Assembly: GCA_034003725.1 (NCBI GenBank)
Contig: JAVEYB010000003.1
Span: 49,486 to 113,485 of the forward strand
Source: Candidatus Zixiibacteriota bacterium
Lineage (GTDB): Bacteria > Zixibacteria > MSB-5A5 > GN15 > FEB-12
Reading direction: 5' to 3'
DNA: 64,000 nucleotides
This document shows positions 55,744 to 64,000 of the stretch, in pieces; position 1 is the stretch's first letter; each line of letters starts with the position of its first letter. The translations under genes and the position numbers were made by a program. The notes below the pieces were generated by a model. It ran no database searches. It saw nothing but the letters and a program-made list of their open reading frames with translations, and was not told the DNA's origin.

Positions 55744-56284
55744 CGAGTGTTTCGAGACGCTCGAGTACTTTGTCCGTGAGGTCGTAGGTTTCCTTGATGT
55801 AGCCGAGCCCGCTTTGCATGGTGAAAACGACGTCGTAATTCCCCTCGACCGCGATCAGCTCGATCGCCTGGGTCACCCGCTCCAGCAGCGGAACAATCAG
55901 CGTCTGCTGCGTCCGCTCGGCCGTGCCGTTGGGGCCGTATATCTGGCGCGTGTAAGCGTCAAGACTCTCCTGCTTGGTGCGGATCGCTGCTTCGCGCTCC
56001 CGCCGTTTGTCTTCGGACAGAATGAGCTTCTGTTTCTCATACTCGGTCACCATGTCCTGCAGCTCCTGCTGCTTGGTCGACGCTTCATCCTCCCACGCCT
56101 TCTGTTCCGTCTCCCATTGCTCCTGTGCGCGCTGCCAGGCCTTGTAATTGTCTTTTATGACGTCGTCGCGGACGAAGCCGATTTTCATGCCCTGGGCCTC
56201 AACCTGCGTCGAGAGACCGACTATCACGCCGGCTGCAACAAGGAGTGCGATAAACGTGCGCTGTACGAGTCGCATAATTCTCAC
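55736..56284 (-). CDS. skp: OmpH/Skp-family periplasmic chaperone
   Basis: Signal peptide and a long K/E/Q-rich coiled coil. It lies between bamA and lpxD. Confidence 0.75.
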   Translation of the reverse strand: MRIMRLVQRTFIALLVAAGVIVGLSTQVEAQGMKIGFVRDDVIKDNYKAWQRAQEQWETEQKAWEDEASTKQQELQDMVTEYEKQKLILSEDKRREREAAIRTKQESLDAYTRQIYGPNGTAERTQQTLIVPLLERVTQAIELIAVEGNYDVVFTMQSGLGYIKETYDLTDKVLERLETLDE

Positions 56285-56311
56285 CCTCTGTATTCCTGTT
56301 TCTTTGTGTCG

Positions 56312-58816
56312 TTATCTAAATGTGGTGCCGACCTGGAAATGCGGCTTCCAGCCCTGCTTGTCATTGCCAATAAACTCATCAAGCGGGTACCCGAAGTCAA
56401 ACCCAATTGTACCGATTCCGGGCACGAGCAGCCGGAACCCGAATCCAAGGCTCTTATACAATTTTAACTTCGTGTTGAGGTCTTCGTGGCGCAAAAAGGC
56501 ATTACCCGCGTCGAAAAATCCCAGCAGGTACAACTGCTGGGGAATGATCGGGAACTGCAACTCGATATTGGTAACCCACATGTAGTTGCCGCGCACGCGC
56601 GTGCGGAACGAACCCGGCAGAATCGTGGAGTCGGGAACACCACCGGGAGTGAGCCGGTAATACACCGTGTCCCCCTGCGTGACGGTGGAGTCCGGCGTCA
56701 GCTCGCCGTCATCGTATCCTCGAACGATCCCGTCATAGGCAGTGCCGCCGGGGGTGAACCGATCCGAAAGCAAAATCCGGTCGTCTCCCTTCGGCGCGCG
56801 GATAGCCCCAAACTCGGTCTTGGCGGCCAGCGCCAGATTCCCCCAGATCGGGATGAATTTGGCTATCTCGAGCTGATGCTTCTGGTATTCCCAGAATCCG
56901 CCCAGCGGACCGCCGGTCTGCTCAAACGTGTACGAAATGCGTGATCCCGAAGTCGCGAACTCCGGCAGGTTGCGGGAGTCCCGCAGGATCGTCAGCGAAA
57001 TGCGCGAGGCCGAGTTCCATTTCTCGTCGTACTTCAAAATCGAACCGGGATAGGGGCCCAGGCTCGTGGCAGTGAGGGTGTCGGCCTTGTACACGGTATT
57101 GCCCTCGGAGTCGAGGCTGTCCGATCGCTGCCAGCCGACTTGTCCGTTGGTTTCGATCCAGTCGTATCGGGTGAATGAGTTTTGCGCTACGAAGGCGTCA
57201 TCGAAATCGTCATAGCGGGTGCGCTCCAGCCGGTACGCCGCATATACCCGGAAGTAGTTGTCCGGCCATCGCAGTCGCCGACCCACCCGAACGGCTCCGC
57301 CCTGCCGCGCTTCCGTGTACTCGTCGTACCACCGTCGGTTAATCGAGTACAAGTCGGTGCCAAGCGATGTCGGGCGACCGAACAGCCACGGTTCCGTAAA
57401 CGACACCGAAAACGAGTTGCGGTTGCTGCCGAACTCCACATTGAAACTCAGGCTCTGACCCATGCCCCGGAAGTTGGGTATCCCCATGCCGACCGTGCCG
57501 ACCACCTTGTCCTGGCTGTTGTATCCGGCGCCCGCCGAAACCTGCCCGGTTTGTTTTTCCTCCACCTGGAATTCCAGATCGACATCGCCGTTGGGCAGAT
57601 CGACCGGCACCGGCGCGACGTTGGCGAAGTAGTTCAGCGCCATGACGTCACGTACGGAACGGATGAGCAACGAGCGGTTGAACGTCTGACCCGGATACGA
57701 TTTGATCTCGCGGCGGATCACGTGGTCCTTGGTGCGGGTGTTGCCGACGATTCGGACCATGTTGATTTTCGACGGCAGTCCTTCGCTGACCGTGTACGTG
57801 ATATCGAGGATGGAATCGGCCCGGGTCGTCCGCTCGTCGTTTATCCGGACATGCAGATGACCGATTTCCTGGTATGCCGTATACAATTCGAACAGCGACT
57901 CTTCGTACACCTCGCCGTTGAACACCTCGCCTTCGTCATATTTGAGCTTGTCGCGAAGCAGTTTCTCGGGCAGGACGGAGTTCTCCGCAAACGTCGCGTT
58001 GCCGAAGTAGTACTGTGGCCCTTCGTATACCGTCAGGAAGATGGTCATCCGGTTGCGGACGCTGTCGATTGACATCGAGTCATCAACGAGGTAGGCGTCG
58101 ATGAACCCCCGCTTGTTGTATTCCGCGATGACCTTCTCGAGATCCTCTTCGTACTTGTCCTGTGCGAAATCGGACGAGCGAAGGAACCCGCGCTTGCGGT
58201 TTCGCATCTTGCCGACCAGATCGCCGTCCCGGACCCGTTCGTTGCCGAGTATCTCGACATGCTCGACTTTGACCTTGGACTTCTCATCGATTTCGTAGAC
58301 GAGGGTGGCTTCGGTCGAGTCGGCGTTGTACTTGAGGACCGGGGTGATCTCGGCCTGGAAGTACCCCTTCCCGGCGTACAGCTGCCGGATCTCCTCCATC
58401 TTCTGGTGAATGAGGTAGGGGGAGATATAGCCGCCGACACCCAGATTCAGTTTCTCGCGAAGATCGTCGTCGCTGATTTTGCCGTTGCCGTCAAAGTTCA
58501 GGTTCGCCAGTTTCGGCAGTTCGCTGACCACGATATAAATGTGCAGTCCGCCGGGCACTTCCTCGGCATCGATGCGAACATCCCGAAAGATGCCGAGCGA
58601 ATAGAGCCGGTGGATAGACTCCTGTACGGCGGTGGGCGACAGAGGGGAACCGAGGTCGATCGCCGCCACCCCCAGAATCAGCGATGGGGTGGCGATGCGA
58701 TTGCCGATCACGTCGATTTTGACCACCCGGGGGCTTTCCTGGGCCGCCACCCCGGCCGACAGGACGAAGAGCGACAGGCAAATAACGAGTAGAGCTTTCC
58801 CTGCTCCCAGCCTCAT
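56312..58816 (-). CDS. bamA: Outer membrane protein assembly factor BamA
   Basis: 834 aa. Signal peptide, five POTRA-like repeats ('VVKIDVIGN', 'VEHVEILGN', 'INMVRIVGNTRTKDHVIRREI'), a C-terminal 16-strand barrel, and an ending of 'QVGTTF'. Confidence 0.9.
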   Translation of the reverse strand: MRLGAGKALLVICLSLFVLSAGVAAQESPRVVKIDVIGNRIATPSLILGVAAIDLGSPLSPTAVQESIHRLYSLGIFRDVRIDAEEVPGGLHIYIVVSELPKLANLNFDGNGKISDDDLREKLNLGVGGYISPYLIHQKMEEIRQLYAGKGYFQAEITPVLKYNADSTEATLVYEIDEKSKVKVEHVEILGNERVRDGDLVGKMRNRKRGFLRSSDFAQDKYEEDLEKVIAEYNKRGFIDAYLVDDSMSIDSVRNRMTIFLTVYEGPQYYFGNATFAENSVLPEKLLRDKLKYDEGEVFNGEVYEESLFELYTAYQEIGHLHVRINDERTTRADSILDITYTVSEGLPSKINMVRIVGNTRTKDHVIRREIKSYPGQTFNRSLLIRSVRDVMALNYFANVAPVPVDLPNGDVDLEFQVEEKQTGQVSAGAGYNSQDKVVGTVGMGIPNFRGMGQSLSFNVEFGSNRNSFSVSFTEPWLFGRPTSLGTDLYSINRRWYDEYTEARQGGAVRVGRRLRWPDNYFRVYAAYRLERTRYDDFDDAFVAQNSFTRYDWIETNGQVGWQRSDSLDSEGNTVYKADTLTATSLGPYPGSILKYDEKWNSASRISLTILRDSRNLPEFATSGSRISYTFEQTGGPLGGFWEYQKHQLEIAKFIPIWGNLALAAKTEFGAIRAPKGDDRILLSDRFTPGGTAYDGIVRGYDDGELTPDSTVTQGDTVYYRLTPGGVPDSTILPGSFRTRVRGNYMWVTNIELQFPIIPQQLYLLGFFDAGNAFLRHEDLNTKLKLYKSLGFGFRLLVPGIGTIGFDFGYPLDEFIGNDKQGWKPHFQVGTTFR

Positions 58817-58834
58817 GCGGGCATCACAATCGCG

Positions 58835-59149
58835 TTAAGGGGTGACAATCTTGTTGATTTTGATCTCGGTAAAATCCTGGCGGTGGCCCTGGCGGCGGCG
58901 ATACTTGGTCCGGCGCTTATATTTGTAGATTTCGACCTTCTCGCCTTTGCCGTGCCGAAGGACTTCGGCCTTGATGCTGGCGCCTTCGACAAACGGTGTA
59001 CCGACGGTCGCGGCGTCCTTATCCTGTACCAGGAGCACGTCGGTCAGATCCAGCGATTCGCCCTGACCGACTTTCTGAAGGGGAATCTGAAGGACCTGGC
59101 CTTCTTCCGCCCGATACTGAAAGCCGGATACCTGAAACACTGCGTACAT
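58835..59149 (-). CDS. rplU: 50S ribosomal protein L21
   Basis: 'MYAVFQVSGFQYRAEEGQVLQIP', 'KVEIYKYKRRTKYRRRQGHRQDFTEIKI'. Confidence 0.9.
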   Translation of the reverse strand: MYAVFQVSGFQYRAEEGQVLQIPLQKVGQGESLDLTDVLLVQDKDAATVGTPFVEGASIKAEVLRHGKGEKVEIYKYKRRTKYRRRQGHRQDFTEIKINKIVTP

Positions 59150-59362
59150 GCATATCCTCCAATTAGGTAGAAGTCGTTACCTGCTTTCGAGATAGACCAC
59201 GCAAGGTAGCACATCCCACCCGCAAGTCAAGGCCTTTCTTTCGCCGCCTGACTGTTGTTATACCCTGGCGCCGGTTAGTCCGTTTCCGTTTAACACGGAG
59301 CGGGAATGTGATTTGGCGACCACGGGAACGTTTTGTATACTAACACGGTAGTAGCTACTATC

Positions 59363-61411
59363 ATGAAGTCGATGAAACCTCTCTCACACCCAACCGGGCC
59401 GGCAGGCTCGGCCTTTCAACTTAAGACCAGCTACGAACCGCGGGGTGACCAGCCCCGTGCGATCGAAGAGCTGACGCGAGGAGTTCTCGACAGGCGGCCG
59501 TACCAGACTCTGCTCGGCGTCACCGGATCCGGAAAAACGTTCACCATCGCCAACGTGATCGCGAACGTCGGCAAACCGACGCTGGTCATATCCCACAACA
59601 AAACTCTGGCGGCGCAGCTGTACGGCGAACTGAAGGCCTTCTTCCCCAATAATGCCGTCGAGTTTTTCATCAGTTATTACGACTACTACCAGCCGGAAGC
59701 GTATCTGCCCACGACCGACACGTATATCGAAAAAGATACGGCGATGAACGAGGATATCGACCGTCTGCGCCTTCGCGCCACGGCATCGCTGCTCGAACGC
59801 GACGACGTTATCATCGTGGCGTCGGTCTCCTGCATTTACGGACTGGGTTCGCCTCAGGAGTACAAAAAGCAGTTGCTGTTTCTCGAAGTCGGCGCCGAAC
59901 GGGACCGGGACGAAGTGATCCGCACCCTGATCGGCATACACTACAACCGGAACGATATCGATTTCAGCCGGGGCAACTTCCGCGTGCGCGGCGACACGAT
60001 CGAACTGATTCCGGCCTATCGCGAGACCGCGATCCGCATGGAGTTTTTCGGCGACCAGATCGAGCGGATTACCGAGATCGATCCGCTGACGGGCGAGATT
60101 ATCGCCGAGCGGGACCGGGTCGCGATCTATCCCGCCAAACACTTCGTTACCTCGAAACCAACGCTCGAATCCGCCATCGAAGAGATCAAGCAGGAGCTTG
60201 CCGAACAACTGGCCCTGTTCCGAGGCGAAAGCAAACTGCTCGAGGCGCAACGATTGGAGATGCGCACGAAATACGATATCGAGATGCTGCAGGAGATCGG
60301 GTACTGCGCGGGCGTCGAGAACTACTCGCGCTTTCTGACCGGCCGCAAAAAAGGAGAGCGTCCGTACACGCTGATCGACTTCTTCCCGGACGACTTCCTG
60401 ACGATCATCGATGAATCTCATCAGAGCGTGCCGCAAATCCGGGGGATGTTTGCCGGCGACATCAGCCGCAAGGAAGTGCTCGTCTCACACGGTTTCCGTC
60501 TGCCGTCGGCGCTGGACAACCGGCCGCTGTATTTTGACGAGTTTGAGCGACTCGTGCCGCAGATCATTTTCGTTTCCGCCACCCCGGCCGACTACGAACT
60601 GGAGAAATCCGAGGGTGTGATTGTCGAGCAGGTGATCCGTCCCACCGGGCTGCTCGATCCGCTGATAACCGTGAAACCGCTCGGCACGCAGGTGGACGAC
60701 CTCATCGAGCAGTGCAAGCAGCGCGTGGCGCGCGGGGAGCGGGTCCTGGTGACCACCCTCACCAAGCGCATGTCCGAAGACCTGACCGACTACCTGTCCA
60801 AAATCGGTATCCGGGTGCGCTACCTGCATTCCGAAATCGATTCGATCGACCGCACCGAGATTATCCGCGACCTCCGGCTGCGCGAGTTCGACGTGCTCGT
60901 GGGCATCAATCTTCTGCGCGAGGGGCTGGACCTTCCCGAGGTGTCGCTGGTGGCGATTCTCGACGCCGACAAGGAGGGGTTCCTTCGGTCGGAGCGGTCG
61001 CTCATACAGACAGCCGGTCGCGCCGCTCGAAACAAGGGGGGCGAGGTCATTTTTTATGCCGACAAGGTCACGGATTCGATGCGCAAGGCGATCGAGGAGA
61101 CCAACCGCCGGCGCCTGAAGCAGGCCGCATACAACGAAGAACACGGTATCGATCCCGAGACGATCTTCAAGACCCGCGACGAAATTCTCAGGTCGACCCT
61201 GTTCGCGGACAGCAAAACAATCGAGGAAAAGACCTTTGAGAAGCCCGACCATTTTGATATGATGTCCCGTGAGGACCAGCTGGCGTTTATGCTGAAGGCC
61301 ATGAAAAAGGCGGCCGAAAACCTCGATTTCGAAACCGCCATTGCCATCCGCGACGAAATCACCCAGCTCAAGGCCGACATGAAAAAGTCTAAGACGAAAA
61401 GGCGGAAGTAA
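59363..61411 (+). CDS. uvrB: Excinuclease ABC subunit B
   Basis: '[12 protein letters not shown]', '[11 protein letters not shown]', '[13 protein letters not shown]', 'DESHQSVPQ' and C-terminal 'AIAIRDEI'. ATG at 59363 is preferred over the listed TTG at 59333. Confidence 0.95.
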   Translation: MKSMKPLSHPTGPAGSAFQLKTSYEPRGDQPRAIEELTRGVLDRRPYQTLLGVTGSGKTFTIANVIANVGKPTLVISHNKTLAAQLYGELKAFFPNNAVEFFISYYDYYQPEAYLPTTDTYIEKDTAMNEDIDRLRLRATASLLERDDVIIVASVSCIYGLGSPQEYKKQLLFLEVGAERDRDEVIRTLIGIHYNRNDIDFSRGNFRVRGDTIELIPAYRETAIRMEFFGDQIERITEIDPLTGEIIAERDRVAIYPAKHFVTSKPTLESAIEEIKQELAEQLALFRGESKLLEAQRLEMRTKYDIEMLQEIGYCAGVENYSRFLTGRKKGERPYTLIDFFPDDFLTIIDESHQSVPQIRGMFAGDISRKEVLVSHGFRLPSALDNRPLYFDEFERLVPQIIFVSATPADYELEKSEGVIVEQVIRPTGLLDPLITVKPLGTQVDDLIEQCKQRVARGERVLVTTLTKRMSEDLTDYLSKIGIRVRYLHSEIDSIDRTEIIRDLRLREFDVLVGINLLREGLDLPEVSLVAILDADKEGFLRSERSLIQTAGRAARNKGGEVIFYADKVTDSMRKAIEETNRRRLKQAAYNEEHGIDPETIFKTRDEILRSTLFADSKTIEEKTFEKPDHFDMMSREDQLAFMLKAMKKAAENLDFETAIAIRDEITQLKADMKKSKTKRRK

Positions 61412-61439
61412 CCGTCAGTACTGACGGAGGCACACGCAC

Positions 61440-62363
61440 ATGAACCGTACCCTCGGACTCATTTCCGGCGCGCTGATCGCGCTCGTTGTCCTGCTGTCTG
61501 CCGGATGCGACGAGCGCGATGTCGAGGGTGTGCTCGATGCCGATGAAATCCGTCGATTCATCGCCACCACCGAGATTGGCCGGGAGCTGTTTCGCACGGA
61601 CAGTCTCATCGTGCCCGACCCGTACCTTCGGCCCGGTGACACCACAATCTATTCCGACACCGTTATCGCCCTCGAACGGACCATCGACATCGATACGATA
61701 TCGTCCGGCGCATCCGGTAGTGACCTCGCCAACTGGGGAGCGCTCGGGCTGCTTCGCGAAGGTGTCGCCACCGTGCAGGACCGCTTCACCGTCGTTACCC
61801 GCAAACTCAATATCCCCGGCGCCGCCGCCGACACCACGACCCGTACGTTGGTGCGAATGGGTCTGTTCCTGAAGCTGCTCAACGACAGTTACCCGTATCT
61901 CGGCTGGGACCTCTGGGCGTTTAACGGCACCGGTACGGTGTCCTCGAGCCAGACGCCTCTTCGAGTCGGTGTGACCGTTGAGAACGACGCCGGGGTCGAA
62001 CTCGACCAGTTCCGCGGCGATGAAGACGCCTACACCATCTCGCCGCGAAAGATTCGCACGACCGTGCGGTTTATCGAAACTCGCCAGATTCCCGTCACCG
62101 TCGGCGGCGTGCGGTTTATTGTCGACACGGACATCCGCAACACGCAGTCTCCGACCCGCTACTACAGCCTGCTGTCGGGATCCGGACCCGATCGCATCTC
62201 CATGCAGATGATGAATCAGATCGATCGCGCCACCTATCTTGACACCGTTTTCTCACCGAGTCCCAACCCGCGCCTGTGGAATATCATGTTCCTGCAGGCG
62301 ATCAACGACACGATACACCAGTTCCAGCGGAGTTGGGTGATACCGTATCGAGTGCCGCAGTAG
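61440..62363 (+). CDS. Lipoprotein of unknown function
   Basis: Lipobox 'LLSAGC'. Coding-like composition with no recognisable motifs. Confidence 0.5.
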   Translation: MNRTLGLISGALIALVVLLSAGCDERDVEGVLDADEIRRFIATTEIGRELFRTDSLIVPDPYLRPGDTTIYSDTVIALERTIDIDTISSGASGSDLANWGALGLLREGVATVQDRFTVVTRKLNIPGAAADTTTRTLVRMGLFLKLLNDSYPYLGWDLWAFNGTGTVSSSQTPLRVGVTVENDAGVELDQFRGDEDAYTISPRKIRTTVRFIETRQIPVTVGGVRFIVDTDIRNTQSPTRYYSLLSGSGPDRISMQMMNQIDRATYLDTVFSPSPNPRLWNIMFLQAINDTIHQFQRSWVIPYRVPQ

Positions 62364-62549
62364 TGCCGGCGCGGTCAGCCGCGACTGCAATTTTCCGCCC
62401 GTTGCGACGCTTTTCTCTCACCTGTCTCAGAACCATCACGCCCTTCGCCCGATTTTACTTGAATACCGACTCCGTGCGGGTGTATCTACAAAGAAACGCA
62501 CGATGAGACATTTCTCAGGACACTGTTATATCATGAGGAGGAAGAGACA

Positions 62550-63365
62550 ATGAAAAAGGAACGGATTCGCGCACTGCCCGTGCTGATGGTCGCATTGGCA
62601 GCCCTGCTGATGGTTGGGTGCGGCACCCAGGTGCCGTCAGGACACCGGGCCGTGTTTTTCAGCAAGTTCGGCGACGGTACGGAACTTGGCAAGATCTATC
62701 CGGAAGGGTTCAACTGGCACATGCCGTGGAACTCTATGATCGTGTACAAGATTCAGATTCAGGAACAAATGGAAAACCTCACGGTGCTGTCATCCGATGG
62801 CGCATCGATCCAGATGGAAGTCTCCATCTTGTATCGTCCGATCATGGAGAAGATCGACTCACTTCAGGTGACGATCGGACCGGGCTACTACGATGTCAAA
62901 GTTGCGCCGACGCTGCGGGCGATCGCCCGGGGTATTGCCGGACGTTACAAGCCCGAAGAAATCTACTCCACGAAACGCGAGGAAATGGCCAACGAGATTC
63001 GCGACGCGCTCATCACCCAGATGCAGAATAATTTTATCGAGATTGAAAATGCCTTGATTCGCGATGTCCAGATTCCAGCCAAAATCAGCGAGGCGATCAA
63101 TTTCAAGCTGACTGCCGATCAGGAAGCCCAGCGCATGCAGTTCACGATCGAGAAGGAACGGCTTGAGGCTGAACGGAAACGAATCGAAGCCAAGGGAATC
63201 TCCGACTTCCAGCAGATCGTCTCTGCCGGCATCACGCCGTCGCTGCTGAAATGGAAAGGGATCGAGGCAACCATGAAGATCGCCGAGTCGCCCAACACCA
63301 AGATAATCGTTGTGGGCAACGATGCCGGCTCGCTGCCGATTATTCTGAGCGGGGAAGACAAGTAG
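62550..63365 (+). CDS. SPFH/band-7 (prohibitin-like) lipoprotein
   Basis: GAGGAGGAAG RBS. Lipobox 'LMVGCG'. SPFH pattern 'GHRAVFFSKFG..', 'VLSSDGASIQMEVSILYRP', 'IRDVQIPAKISEAI' and the coiled coil 'EAQRMQFTIEKERLEAERKRIEAKG'. Confidence 0.8.
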   Translation: MKKERIRALPVLMVALAALLMVGCGTQVPSGHRAVFFSKFGDGTELGKIYPEGFNWHMPWNSMIVYKIQIQEQMENLTVLSSDGASIQMEVSILYRPIMEKIDSLQVTIGPGYYDVKVAPTLRAIARGIAGRYKPEEIYSTKREEMANEIRDALITQMQNNFIEIENALIRDVQIPAKISEAINFKLTADQEAQRMQFTIEKERLEAERKRIEAKGISDFQQIVSAGITPSLLKWKGIEATMKIAESPNTKIIVVGNDAGSLPIILSGEDK

Positions 63366-63387
63366 CGCAAACCGGTCTCAAAAGAGA

Positions 63388-63417
63388 AACGGGCGACCTG
63401 CCGTCTGGTCGCCCGTT
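63388..63417. terminator. Hairpin between convergent genes, probable terminator mainly for the minus-strand acyl-CoA dehydrogenase gene
   Basis: Stem aacgggcgacc / ggtcgcccgtt. An A-rich run on the plus-strand 5' side gives a T-rich tail on the minus strand. Confidence 0.45.
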
Positions 63418-63452
63418 CCCCAATGCGTCGAGTAGCTAACTGTGCCTTTCGG

Positions 63453-64000
63453 CTACTTTTCTACCGCCAACTCCTTCAATAGTTCCCGGGCAATCACGAT
63501 TCGCTGTACCTCGTTCGTACCCTCAAATATCTCGCAGAGTCGGACGTCGCGGTAAATCCGTTCTACGTTGTACTCGTGGGTATAGCCGTACCCGCCGAGG
63601 ATTTGCATGGCCTGATGTGCGATTTCCGTTCCGACCTCAGAGGCGTACATTTTGGCGATCGCGGCGTCCTTGATGACCGAAAGCCCTTGGTCTTTTCTCC
63701 ACGCCGCCTCATACGTAACTAGCCGTGCAGCATGGAGTTTAGCCTGCATATCGGCCAGCTTGAACTGGATCGCCTGGAATTTTGCCAATTCCTGACCAAA
63801 CTGCACCCGCTGCTGTGCGTAAACGGTGGCAATTTCCAGCGCCCGCTGCGCCATCCCCACTGACTGCGCACCGACCGAAATCCGGCCGTGGTTCAGCGTC
63901 TCCATGGCGATATTGAACCCCCGGCCGACCTCGCCGATTCGGTTAGCCTTGGGCACCCGGTACTCGTCAAAAACCAGTTCCGAGGTCGGGGAAGCCTTGA
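63453..64000 (-). CDS. Acyl-CoA dehydrogenase, C-terminal part (5' end beyond window edge)
   Basis: 'RVPKANRIGEVGRGFNIAMETLNHGRISVGAQSVGMAQRAL', 'QFGQELAKFQAIQFKLADM' and 'QILGGYGYTHEYNVERIYRDVRLCEIFEGTNEVQR'. The frame stays open to nt 64000, and the listed 'M' is an internal GTG. Confidence 0.85.
   Translation of the reverse strand, partial: KASPTSELVFDEYRVPKANRIGEVGRGFNIAMETLNHGRISVGAQSVGMAQRALEIATVYAQQRVQFGQELAKFQAIQFKLADMQAKLHAARLVTYEAAWRKDQGLSVIKDAAIAKMYASEVGTEIAHQAMQILGGYGYTHEYNVERIYRDVRLCEIFEGTNEVQRIVIARELLKELAVEK

Overview
This is a GC-rich, very gene-dense chromosomal segment from a diderm bacterium. I support about 60 CDS by reading the translations. I recognised no rRNA, tRNA, CRISPR array, transposase or integrase.

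Most of the window is envelope and housekeeping genes:
- 0-7 kb: two secreted cargo proteins (Ig-like tail / T9SS C-terminal domain) and two PorV/PorQ-like outer-membrane barrels.
- 7-15 kb: phaR with two orphan receiver proteins, then smpB, an amidase, murI, rdgB and ligA.
- 15-20 kb: a complete tolQ-tolR-tolA-like-tolB-pal-ybgF operon.
- 36-64 kb: ppdK, an ADP-forming acyl-CoA synthetase and gltX; an oxidative-stress cluster (split rubrerythrin, peroxiredoxin, FNR-like reductase); nadA and an orphan E2 with lipB; lgt, rsmI, nadE and ssb; rplU-bamA-skp-lpxD; and uvrB.

T9SS-type sorting domains together with Tol-Pal and BamA suggest an FCB-superphylum-like lineage. That is an inference only.

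The standout is 24730-36046. It holds twelve co-directional, tightly packed or overlapping genes that form three successive paralogous copies of a four-gene cassette (A-B-C-D, three times).
- All twelve products are predicted membrane proteins.
- A is a signal peptide, FN3-like periplasmic head, TM helix and conserved core. B and D are polytopic with about 6 TM helices each. C is bitopic with a large periplasmic domain.
- I see no ATPase motif and no signature I can assign to a named transporter, secretion or respiratory family.
- The cluster ends in a strong terminator.
- It is divergently paired with a three-gene operon encoding a GlmL/MutL-type actin-fold ATPase, a membrane-anchored protein and a conserved 373-aa protein.

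I consider this the candidate undescribed system. All family calls come from motif recognition by eye; no database search was possible.
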